From an uncultured delta proteobacterium (lineage in GTDB: Bacteria > Desulfobacterota > Binatia > DP-6), in the NCBI GenBank assembly GCA_963815115.1, contig CAWFFN010000009.1, forward strand, positions 64,001-128,000: a stretch of 64,000 bases of DNA, written 5' to 3'. The stretch's first letter is position 1. The number at the start of each line of letters is the position of its first letter. Shown here in pieces: positions 37,003 through 46,386 of this stretch. Both the position numbers and the translations under genes were made by a program. The notes beneath the pieces were generated by a model. That model made no database searches. It worked only from the letters and a program-made list of their open reading frames with translations, and was not told where the DNA came from.

Positions 37003-37374
37003 ATGGCGCTGAAGACCATTCGAGTGCGGATCAAGTCCGTCGAGCAGGCGCTCGATGATGCGATCGGAGCGATTCGCGCGATCCAGTCGAAGAAGCGGGT
37101 CGCGAAGCGGCGCGGCGAGTACTTCGAGAGCCTCGAGGCAATACGCGCCGCGCTGACGGAGAAGCGGCTGGCTCTCGTGCGTTTGGTGCGCGAGCGCAAA
37201 CCCGCGTCGGTCGCCGAGCTGGCGCGCCTGGCGAGGCGCGACTTCAAGTCCGTCTACCGGGACGTGGAAGCGTTGCGCGGCCTAGGGCTCATCAGGACCG
37301 GTGCGACGAGACGCGGCGTCTCGAGTCCCCTGCGAAGCGATGCCACCGAGATTGTTCTCAGAATCGCGGTGTGA
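37003..37374 (+). CDS. HVO_A0114-like HTH antitoxin
   Basis: FESLE..LTEKRL.L..PASVAELARLARRDFKSVYRDV..L..LGLI. Confidence 0.82.
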   Translation: MALKTIRVRIKSVEQALDDAIGAIRAIQSKKRVAKRRGEYFESLEAIRAALTEKRLALVRLVRERKPASVAELARLARRDFKSVYRDVEALRGLGLIRTGATRRGVSSPLRSDATEIVLRIAV

Positions 37375-39339
37375 ACTCAGAGCCGCCAGGTGACTGGCCG
37401 CTCCGGGGTATACGAGCAGAAGACGCCGGTGCGGAGCCCCTTCTCGAGGTGCAGGCCGAGCGCGGGGTGCTCCGCCCGGATGCGCTCGAGGCTGCGCCGG
37501 ATCTGGTTCGTGACCGCCTTGCGCCACCGCTCGGCCGGGTCGCCCACCGTCCGTGGCCGGCCGCCGAGGCCGTAGGCCGCCGATAGCTCCCTGGTGATCA
37601 CCTCGATCTCGTCGCGTGCCCCGGCCGCCCGAACGAGGTCCCCGCCGGCGGTCGCCTCTACGAGCTCGTTCTGCAGGTCGTCCAGCCGCCGCTTGTACTC
37701 GGCGCGCGCACGCGGATCGAGCACGGTCCCGAGGTCACCCTGCGCGACAGACCGTGGCGTGTCCTCCGCGCCGTCGGCGGCGCCCGCACCGAGCGCCACG
37801 AGGTCACCGACGTGGACCTCCGCGCCAGGGTCGGCGAGTAGGCGCGCGATGTAGTGCAGCCCCTTCGTGTCCCGCAGGCGGAAGGTCTTGCCCGCGTACG
37901 CCAGCGTCCAGTACTCGCCCTCGCGGCAAAAGATACCCGCGTCGCCGGAAGGCGTTTCCGCCGGCGCCGCCGGCGCCTCTCCTGCTGCTTCGCTGCCGCC
38001 CGCCGGCTTGGTCGCCAGCGCCAGTTCCTCGTCGAGGACGCGCAGCGCCAGGTCAGCGGCCCGCTCGAGCGAGAGGCTCCGCCCGGCGACGCGGTGCTCG
38101 TCGAACCCCGCGGACACCACCGACGCGAGCGCTTCGAAGCCAGTGCCAGATACCGACTGGGTGACGCCTGCCCGCCACGGGAGCGACCGCATCCATTCTA
38201 TCCTGCGAGGGAGCCGCAGGTTGACCGCCTCCACGGCCCCCACCAACGTCGCCACTTCACGTGCACGCCCGCGGTGGTCGAAGACATGCGCGGTCAGCTC
38301 GACGGCGTAAACCATTCGCTCGCCCGACCCGCTGTCGCGGGCAAGGCGGAGCGCCTGACGCAGCGGCCCGAGCGCCCGGGCGTCGTCCCCGCAATTGAAC
38401 GCGACGTGAGCCGTCATGGTGAGGATCAGCGCAAGCTGCCAGCGGTTGCCCGCCTCCTCGTGTGCGGCGGCGGCTTCCGCGAGCAGTCGTTCCGCGTCGG
38501 CGTGCTGCCCCCGTTCTTCCGCCACCGCCGCAAGCATCCGCCGCGACTCGGCCACGACCTGGAGGAGCCCCGACCTGGTGCCGAGATCGAACGCCTCGGT
38601 GGCGCGACTCGCCGCCCCCTCCAGATCTCCGTCCTTCCATTGCTCCTCCGCCAGACAGCCGAGTATCGAGCCGATGCCGGCGGGCTCATTGATCTCGCGG
38701 AAGATGCGCAAGGCGTCCTCGAACCAGGCAGCGGCCGGCCGCGCATCGACATCGATGGCCCCGGCGGCACGTCCCATGGCCATCAGCACCCACGCCTCTC
38801 CGCGGCGGCCGCCGACCCGCCGGAAGAGCTCGAGCGCCTCCCGGAGGTGCACCAGCGCGCAATTATAGTCGAGTGCGTTCTCCGCCAGGAGCCCCGCCCC
38901 GTACACCGCCCGTGCTCGCAGCCAGTCGGGTGCACCGGTGGCCGCGTCGAGGGCGCGCACGACCCACGCGCGCGCGTCCGGCTGCCCCATCGAGAACCAC
39001 GGGTGCCCGAGCGCGGCGGCGATGCGCAGCGCGGCCTCGGGATCGACCCCGGCGAGCGCGCTCTCGATCGCCTGGCGGACGTTTTCCTGCTCGTCGCGGA
39101 GCCGCGCGCTCCAACGGCGCTGCTCGCGCATGAACCCACTCCCGGCCTTCACCGCGAACGAGACCACCCACTCCAGATGTCGCCGCACGACCCGGTCGCG
39201 CTCGCCGGCCTCGCGCAGCCGTTCGGCCGCGTACTGGCGGACCGGCTCGAGCATGCGCAGCCGCCCCCCTGTGCCAATGAACGTGAGAGAGGAGGCGATC
39301 CGAATTTAGTGTACGAGGGGACGGAGGAAGGCGAGCGAG

Positions 39340-39819
39340 GTGGGAGTGAAGGTGAGGGATGGCGGGGGATCAGGAAGCGCGCCCGGAACGGAAGGAGCCC
39401 GTAGGGCGACTGAAGTTGCGGGCGCGCCGGCGCCGACGGGCCGCAAGGATCCGGAGGTTCCGGCGAAGGCGCAGCGGCGCCGGTTCACGGCCGAGTACAA
39501 GCGACAGCTCCTGGCCGAGGCCGACGGGTGTCGCGAGCCGGGGGAGATCGGGGCGCTGCTGCGACGCGAGGGGCTCTACACGTCGCATCTGAGCGTGTGG
39601 CGTCAGCAGCGCGAGGCGGGGGCGTTGGTCGGGCTGGCGGGGCACGCGCGCGGGCGCAAGGCGGTGGCGCATCCGTTGGCGAAGCGACTCGCCGGGATGG
39701 AGCGGGAGAACGCGCGGCTGCGGGAGGAGCTGCGCAAGGCGCACGTGATCATCGACGTTCAAAAAAAAGTCTCACAGTTGCTGGGGCTGCCGCCGAGCGA
39801 CGAGGAGGTCGGGAGCTGA
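39340..39819 (+). CDS. IS OrfA (HTH + leucine zipper)
   Basis: RRRFTAEYK..LLRREGLY.SHL..WR, ERENARL. A8 slippery tract at 39761-39768, consistent with a -1 shift into orfB. Confidence 0.88.
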   Translation: MGVKVRDGGGSGSAPGTEGARRATEVAGAPAPTGRKDPEVPAKAQRRRFTAEYKRQLLAEADGCREPGEIGALLRREGLYTSHLSVWRQQREAGALVGLAGHARGRKAVAHPLAKRLAGMERENARLREELRKAHVIIDVQKKVSQLLGLPPSDEEVGS

Positions 39820-40961
39820 TGGCGACGGCGCAGACGTTGGCCGACGCCGTGGGGGTCCAGGCCGCCTGTGGGGCGTTGGGTCTGGCCCCGGCAAGTTTTT
39901 ACCGGTGGCGGCGACCATGTTCGGAGACGGCGGTTCGATCGCGGCCGCCGCTGGCATTGTCCGAAATCGAGGAGGCTGCCGTTCTCGACGTGCTGCATTC
40001 GGAACGGTTCATCGACCAGGCTCCGGCGGAGGTGTACGCGACGTTGCTCGAGGAGGGAACCTACCACTGCTCGCTGCGGACGATGTACCGGATTCTCGAT
40101 CGGCACGGGGAAGTCCGCGAGCGGCGCAACCAGCTGCGCCACCCGGTGGCGACGCGGCCCGAGCTCCTGGCGACGGGACCGAACCAGGTGTGGTCGTGGG
40201 ACATCACGAAGCTCAAGGGGCCGGCGAAGTGGACGTACTTCTACCTCTACGTGCTGCTCGACATCTTCAGCCGCTACGTGGTGGGGTGGCTCTTGGCGGA
40301 TCGAGAGTCGGCGACGTTGGCGCGCCGCTTGATCAAGGAGAGCTGCGAGAAGGAGGGGATCGCGGAGGCGGTCCTGACGCTGCACTCCGACCGCGGGCCG
40401 GCGATGACGTCGAAGACGGTGGGCCAGCTGTTGGCCGACCTGTCGATCACGCGGAGCCTGACGCGACCGTACACCAGCAACGACAATCCGTTTTCGGAGT
40501 CGCAGTTTCGCACGTTGAAGTCGCGTCCGGAGTTTCCCGAGCGATTCGGGTCGCAGCAGGACGCCCTGGGATTCCTGCGGCGATTCTTCCCCTGGTACAA
40601 CGAAGAGCATCGGCACAGCGGGATCGGGTTCCTGACGCCGGTGAGCGTGCACAGCGGGACGGCCCTGGCGATCGTGGCACGACGGGGGGAAACGCTCGCG
40701 GCGGCATTCGCGGCTCATCCCGAACGCTTCAAGGGGAAGACACCGCGGGTGCAACAGCCCCCGACGGAAGTGTGGATCAATCCGCCGGCCCTCGACCGCA
40801 ATGGCGTTCCGAGCCCGCGATCGCGAAGAAACGTCGCGCTCAGAGCCCCGCAGACGCCCGCAACGGAGCCGGTCCAAGGTCCAGGTACCCCCCAAGTCTC
40901 GATGCTCGTGGCTGCGGACGACCTCCTGCTCGCGGAGCTCGACGTCGCGGCGGGACAGTAA
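39819..40961 (+). CDS. IS OrfB DDE transposase (integrase core)
   Basis: WSWDIT, LDIFSRYVVGW, HSDRG, DNPFSES.F.TLK, YN..HRHSGI. TGATG stop/start overlap with orfA. Confidence 0.92.
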   Translation: MATAQTLADAVGVQAACGALGLAPASFYRWRRPCSETAVRSRPPLALSEIEEAAVLDVLHSERFIDQAPAEVYATLLEEGTYHCSLRTMYRILDRHGEVRERRNQLRHPVATRPELLATGPNQVWSWDITKLKGPAKWTYFYLYVLLDIFSRYVVGWLLADRESATLARRLIKESCEKEGIAEAVLTLHSDRGPAMTSKTVGQLLADLSITRSLTRPYTSNDNPFSESQFRTLKSRPEFPERFGSQQDALGFLRRFFPWYNEEHRHSGIGFLTPVSVHSGTALAIVARRGETLAAAFAAHPERFKGKTPRVQQPPTEVWINPPALDRNGVPSPRSRRNVALRAPQTPATEPVQGPGTPQVSMLVAADDLLLAELDVAAGQ

Positions 40962-42734
40962 TTTCACCATGCCCCTCTCTCATCTCATTGACACGCGCCG
41001 GCGGCTCGGCGCGGTCGTGGTCGACCGCGACGAGTGACTTGCTGGCCAGGCGCTCGACCGCGTCGGCCACCCGGTCGCGATCGACGCCGTCCCCGTCGGC
41101 GACCTGCTCGGCAGCGTCGAGCGTGAAGCCACCCGCGAAGACGGAGAGCCGCCGGAAGACGATCTGCTCGTCGGGGGCGAGCAGCTGATGGCTCCAGTCG
41201 AGGGTGGCCCGTATCGTCTGCTGGCGATCGGGGCGGCTGCGCCCCCCGTGGGTGAGGAGATCGAGCTGCTCCTCGAGGCGGGCAGCCACCTGCTCCGGGC
41301 TGAGCGTGCGCAGCCGTGCCGCGGCCAGCTCGATGGCGAGCGGAAGCCCCGCGAGCTCCGAGCAGATCCTGGCCAGCGCTGCGGCATTGCCGTCGGTGAG
41401 CCGGAAGCCAGGCCGCACGTCGGCGCCGCGCTCCACCAGGAGCCGGACGGCGTCGTAGTCGGCGAGCCGCTCGAGCGACTCCAGCGCCTCCGGATCGGGC
41501 CGGTCGAGGGGCGGGACCTCTCGCTCGACCTCCCCCGGCAGGCGCAGCGGCTCCCGGCTGGTCGCCAGCACCTGCAGTTGGGCGCACGCCGGGAGCAGCT
41601 CGCTCACGAGTGCGGCCACCGCGGCGACGACGTGCTCGCAATTGTCCAGCACGAGGAGGAGGTCGCGGTCGGCCAGCGCGGCGCACAGGAACTCGCTCGC
41701 CGACCTGCCGGCCGTCGGCTCGCGCATGCCGAGCGCCCCGAGCACCGCTTCGGGCACCAGCGCGCCCGTGCCGAGGCCCGCCAGCTCGACTAGGCACACG
41801 CCGTCGCGATGCTGATCCTCGACGCGCCTCACGGCCTCCAGCCCCAGGCGCGTCTTGCCGGAACCCCCGGCGCCCGTGAGCGTGACGAGCCGCCGGGACG
41901 CGAGGAGGTCGACCAGCTCGCGCAGCTCCTGCTCTCGCCCCACGAACGAGGTCGTCGGCGCCGGCAGATGGCTCGCGCTGCTCGTCGCGGTGTCCAGGGG
42001 CGGGAAGGACGTCGGGATGCCCGCGGCGACGGCCTGGTGGAGACGAACCGGCCGGACGATGTCGCGCAACCGATGCGCTCCCAGCTCGAGCAGCGAGATG
42101 TCCGGCGCAGGCTGCGCGATGAGCCCGACCGCCACTTCCGAGACGACGATCTGCCCTCCGTGCGTGGCGGCGAGAATCCGAGAAGCCTGATGAAGAGCCA
42201 TACCAAACAGCTCGTCACCCACCTCGGCGACCTCGCCGGCGTGAATCGCCATCCGGACCCGGACGGAGGAACCGCCCGGCCAGGGCTCTGCTGCCAGGGC
42301 GCGCTGGGCCTCCACGGCCGCTGCCACCGCGTCGCCCGCCGAACCGAAGATGAACGCGCAGCCGTCGCCGCCGGTGGGATAGCCGCTGCCTCTGCGGGCA
42401 CCGGCGGCGCCCGTGAGGATCGCGCGCTGGCGCTCGATCACACCCACGAAGGCATCGCCGAGCGCCCCGAGCAGCCGCGTGGACCCCTCCACGTCGGTGA
42501 AGAGCAGCGTCACGATGCGCGCGTCCTGCATCTGGTGGCGGTCGCCGCCTGAGGTAGACCACACCATTGCCGGCGCCATCAAGCATTCTCGGTCTCCCTC
42601 TCGGTAGGTGGACCTCGGGCTTCGAGACGATGCCGTGGAGGTGAAGGCGAGGAGGAGGTCCGCCCCCGCGGTCGTGACGCTCGAGGTCTGCGGGAGGTGG
42701 CGCGCCGAGTCCGGTGCGTCGTGGGTCTATCGAG

Positions 42735-42757
42735 ACTGGACAGTTTTTCTGTCCAGT
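42735..42757. promoter_or_regulatory. Operator palindrome of the phd-vapC pair
   Basis: ACTGGACAG-TTTTT-CTGTCCAGT, followed by -10-like TAAGAAT, 17 nt before the ATG. Confidence 0.7.
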
Positions 42758-42774
42758 GGTAAGAATCTGGAGCC

Positions 42775-42996
42775 ATGACGAAGACCATCCCGGCGGCCAA
42801 GTTCAAGGAGCAGTGCCTCGCGTTGCTCGACCGCGTCGGCCCGGAGGGCATCGTCATCACGAAGCACGGGCGTCCGGTAGCCAAATTGATCCCGCTCGGC
42901 GGCGACTCGGCGAGCCTGATCGGCAGCCTCAAAGGCAAGCTCAAGATCAAGGGCGACATCCTCTCGACCGGTATCCGCTGGGATGCTGAATCTTGA
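42775..42996 (+). CDS. Phd/YefM antitoxin
   Basis: AAKFKEQCLALLDRV..IVITKHGRPVAKL.P. Confidence 0.9.
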   Translation: MTKTIPAAKFKEQCLALLDRVGPEGIVITKHGRPVAKLIPLGGDSASLIGSLKGKLKIKGDILSTGIRWDAES

Positions 42997-43345
42997 CACG
43001 CACATCCTGCTCCACGCCGTCGCCGGCAGCTTGAAGTCCCGCGAGCGCCAGCTGCTGCAGGCGCAGCCCTGGAGCATCTCGGCCATCGTCCTGTGGGAGA
43101 TCGCGAAGCTGGCCGAGCTCGGTCGCATCGAGGTGGATCTGCACAGCCCCGAGCTCACCCGCGTCATCTCCCGCGTGCAGCTGTGGCCTCTCACGCTCGA
43201 CGTGTGCCGGGCGATCGACATGCTCGACTTCGACGGCGACCCGGCCGACGAGATCATCGCCGCGACCAGCGTGGTGGAGCGCGTGCCGCTCGTGACGCGC
43301 GACGGGAAGATTCGGCGCTCGAAGGTCGTCCCGCTAGCGCACTGA
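42983..43345 (+). CDS. vapC: VapC/PIN toxin
   Basis: LDTHILL, SAIVLWEI, DPADEII.AT, LVTRD. Confidence 0.9.
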   Translation: MLNLDTHILLHAVAGSLKSRERQLLQAQPWSISAIVLWEIAKLAELGRIEVDLHSPELTRVISRVQLWPLTLDVCRAIDMLDFDGDPADEIIAATSVVERVPLVTRDGKIRRSKVVPLAH

Positions 43346-43459
43346 GGATTCGGTACCCGCGCAAGCCCGCGTCGGTCACCGAGTTGCCGCGCCTGGCGCC
43401 GCACTTCGTCGCGCGTCGGAGATTGCGACACCGCGGACCGCCGGGTACACCCGACCCTC

Positions 43460-44356
43460 ATGGCCAGCCCCCAGCTCGCGATGCTCGTCGACATGCTGCG
43501 CAACGCCCCGCCCGTGCCGCAGGACATGGACATCCTCGAGCGCCGCCAGCGCATGGAGGAGCTCACCAGGTCGGCGCCGCTGCCGGACGGCACGCGTGCC
43601 ACGACGGTCGAGGCAGGAGGCGTGCCGAGCGAGTGGGTCGAGGCTCCGGGCTCGACCGATCGCGTGACGCTCCTCTATTTCCACGGCGGCGGCTACACGA
43701 TCGGATCGGTGCGCACACATCGTGCCCTGGTGGCGCGTCTCGCGGCCGCGACCGGCGCGCGCGCCCTCACGGTGGACTACCGCCTCGGTCCCGAGCACCC
43801 CTTTCCCGCGGCGGTGGACGATGCGCTGGCGGCCTACCGCTGGCTCGTACGGGGTGGCGCCGATCCGGGCAGGATCGTCGTCGCCGGCGACTCGGCCGGC
43901 GGCGGTCTCACGGTCGCGTTGCTGGTGGCGCTGCGCGACGCGGGGGAGACCCTGCCCGCGGCGGGCGTCTCGATCTCGCCATGGGCCGATCTCGCATGTA
44001 CCGGCGCATCGATGACGACCTGTGCTGCGCGCGATCCGATGGTCCAGCGCGAGGGGCTTCTCGAGATGGCCGCGGCCTACCTCGCCGGCCAGGATGCGAA
44101 GAGCCCGCTGGCGTCGCCCATCCACGCCGATCTCCGTGGCCTGCCGCCGCTGCTCGTGCACGTCGGGACCGCGGAGACGCTGCTCGACGACGCGACCCGG
44201 CTCGCCGAGCGGGCGCGCGCGGCCGCCGTGCCGGTCGACCTCGAGGTGTGGGACGACATGATCCACGTGTGGCATGCCTTCGCGCCGCTCCTGCCGGAGG
44301 CCGACGAGGCGATCGCGCGGATCGGCGTCTGGGTGCGAAGCACGCTCGGTACCTGA
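43460..44356 (+). CDS. HSL-family esterase/lactone hydrolase
   Basis: HGGGY, DYRL.PEHPFPAA, GDSAGG, MIHVW. Confidence 0.92.
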   Translation: MASPQLAMLVDMLRNAPPVPQDMDILERRQRMEELTRSAPLPDGTRATTVEAGGVPSEWVEAPGSTDRVTLLYFHGGGYTIGSVRTHRALVARLAAATGARALTVDYRLGPEHPFPAAVDDALAAYRWLVRGGADPGRIVVAGDSAGGGLTVALLVALRDAGETLPAAGVSISPWADLACTGASMTTCAARDPMVQREGLLEMAAAYLAGQDAKSPLASPIHADLRGLPPLLVHVGTAETLLDDATRLAERARAAAVPVDLEVWDDMIHVWHAFAPLLPEADEAIARIGVWVRSTLGT

Positions 44357-44548
44357 GCGGCCGGCGCCGCACGGCTGGCACTCGCGCGTCCGCACCTCCT
44401 GTCGGCAGGGCACTGGCGCCTCGAAGGGAGCCTTTCAAACCGCTCAGCTCTCGGTCGGCTGATGCTGGTAGGCACTATGAAGTCAATGCCGGTAGCCTAG
44501 CACCTGGCGACGATGGATTCTGATTGACGCTCCACACCGGGCGGTCGT

Positions 44549-46375
44549 ATGCAGGCGCGGGGGACCAGCCTGGGAAGAATGCGCGCAACGGGCGACGCTG
44601 GGGCCCGCCTCGTCGGCGCGGGCGTGCTTCTCGTCGCCATGACTGCCGCGGCGCAGCCGGTGCCGCTCACCCCGGGCTCGACGCTGGTGAGCGCCGCGGA
44701 GCAAGGGAACCAGCCCGCGGTCGCCGCCTCGCCCGACGGGAGCTTCGTCGTCGCATGGTCGCGATACGGCGTACTGCTCGGCGGTCTCGCCGCCCGCAAG
44801 CTGGACGCGGCAGGCGGCGTGCTGGGGCCCATGTCGATCGTGGCGGATCCTTCCCCGTTTTCTAGCCGAGTCGACGAATCGGCCCTGGCGAGCGATCCGG
44901 CGGGCGGCGCTGCCCTGGTGGTGTGGGCGTCGGACGAGTTCAACCCCCGGATCCTGGCGCGCCGGCTCGGAGAAACCGCGACGGCGATCGCGCTGAGTGA
45001 CGACACATCGGAATCTTCGCATCCTGCCGCCGCAGCGGTGGGCCGCGACCGCTTCCTGGTCGTCTGGCAGCGCCAGGACCTGCTGGACCAGGGCAGCGGG
45101 CCCGCCGTCTTCGGGCGTTGGGTGGACGGCGGCGGCCGTCCTTTCGCACCGCAGTTCAGGTTGAGCCCGGAAGAGCGGTTCGTCCCGCACATCCGTCCCG
45201 ACGTCGCGAGCGCGGGCGGCGTGGCGCTGGTCGCCTGGGAGCGTCTCGCCGTGCCGAGCAGCCAGCTGCTCGCCCGTCTCGTGCGACCGGACGGACCGCC
45301 GGGCGGTGTCGACGTGGAGCTGGTCTCCGCCGGTGCCGAGGCGATGCCCGGCGCGGCTGTTGCCGTCGCCGGCATGCCGACGGGCTTCCTTGCCGTCTGG
45401 TCCGAGGAGGACCGCGACGGACCCTTCATCTCGGACCGCAGGCTCGTAGCCCGGACGGTGTCACCCGACGGCGCACTCGGTCCGGTCGTCCGGATCGCTG
45501 CGCTCGAGAACGGGTTCTCCGAGAACCTCGACGTCGCCGCGGATGCTGCCGGCATGGGAGTGGCGGTGTGGCAGGATCTCGACGGCGGCGACGAGATCCT
45601 GCGTGCTGCAAGCATCGACACGAGCACGGGAGCCGTCAGCACCGCCGTCGACGTCGATCCGTCCGCGCAGTTCGCGCCCGCCATCGCTGCAGGATCTCCC
45701 GGACGGTTTCTGATCGCATGGCCCAGCGGGCCGGTGCGCGCGCGGGTGCTGACCTTGTGCGGGAACGCCATCCCCGAACCGGGAGAAGAGTGCGACGACG
45801 GCAACCGCCGCGACGGCGACTGCTGCGCCGCCGCCTGTCGGCTCGAGCCGGTGCCGGGCACCTGCTGGCGGCTCGCCGGGTCGATCCTCGCCCGGCTCTC
45901 CGCCACCGTCACGCAAGCCGGGCAGACCTACGCGTGCGCGGCGCGCTGCCGCGGCGCGAGCGAGGCGACGCTGATCCTGCTCGACGACGGCACGTACCGC
46001 TGGCCGCAAGGAAGCGTCGCGTGTACGAGCGGAGAGACCCGCACGCTCCCCGACGAGGTCGGCCGGCGCCGGGGCCGCGGTGTCCGGGCGCGACTGAGCC
46101 CCGCCAACCTGGCGGAGATCCGGAGCGCCACGCGCGCGTGCACGGGCGCGATGCTCGGCGGCCAGCAGACGACGCTGCGGCTCGGCGGAGATACGCTCCG
46201 TGGCACACAGAGCTCGCACCTCCGCCGCGCCGGCCACCCGTCGATCCGGGTGCAGGCGATGACACGCTTCGCGGGCGTGCCTCTCGGCTCTGGGACACGA
46301 CCCGCCCCGCCCGCGTTGCCGCAGACGATCCCGTCCTGCGCCAGCGAGCTCACGTTCCGCTGCCGGCCCCGCTGA
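44549..46375 (+). CDS. Secreted beta-repeat protein with a Myxococcus-type Cys-rich repeat
   Basis: Signal peptide, repeated P.VA...FVV.W units, CGNAIPEPGEECDDGNRRDGDCC. The start is uncertain. Confidence 0.75.
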   Translation: MQARGTSLGRMRATGDAGARLVGAGVLLVAMTAAAQPVPLTPGSTLVSAAEQGNQPAVAASPDGSFVVAWSRYGVLLGGLAARKLDAAGGVLGPMSIVADPSPFSSRVDESALASDPAGGAALVVWASDEFNPRILARRLGETATAIALSDDTSESSHPAAAAVGRDRFLVVWQRQDLLDQGSGPAVFGRWVDGGGRPFAPQFRLSPEERFVPHIRPDVASAGGVALVAWERLAVPSSQLLARLVRPDGPPGGVDVELVSAGAEAMPGAAVAVAGMPTGFLAVWSEEDRDGPFISDRRLVARTVSPDGALGPVVRIAALENGFSENLDVAADAAGMGVAVWQDLDGGDEILRAASIDTSTGAVSTAVDVDPSAQFAPAIAAGSPGRFLIAWPSGPVRARVLTLCGNAIPEPGEECDDGNRRDGDCCAAACRLEPVPGTCWRLAGSILARLSATVTQAGQTYACAARCRGASEATLILLDDGTYRWPQGSVACTSGETRTLPDEVGRRRGRGVRARLSPANLAEIRSATRACTGAMLGGQQTTLRLGGDTLRGTQSSHLRRAGHPSIRVQAMTRFAGVPLGSGTRPAPPALPQTIPSCASELTFRCRPR

Positions 46376-46386
46376 CGCGGGACTCA

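Larger units (their letters stand above)
39265..41000 (+). mobile_element. IS3-like insertion sequence (orfA/orfB, DDE)
   Basis: Imperfect IRs TGCCAATGAACGTGAGAGAGG (from 39272) and TGTCAATGAGATGAGAGAGG (reverse complement ending 40993). Boundaries defined by comparison with the paralogs. Confidence 0.9.
37377..42579 (-). pseudogene. STAND regulator C, interrupted by an IS
   Basis: The N-half (42579-41001) and C-half (39264-37377) rejoin as RAEPRLRMLEPV, matching A and B, once the IS and one GC copy are removed. Confidence 0.9.

Noticed and set aside
28697-42579. Diversity-generating retroelement as the cause of STAND variability
   Set aside because: No reverse transcriptase in the window. 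Differences include indels and all base types, not adenine-specific changes.
27881-43345. Integron cassette array
   Set aside because: No tyrosine integrase, no recognisable attC sites, and the modules are in mixed orientation.
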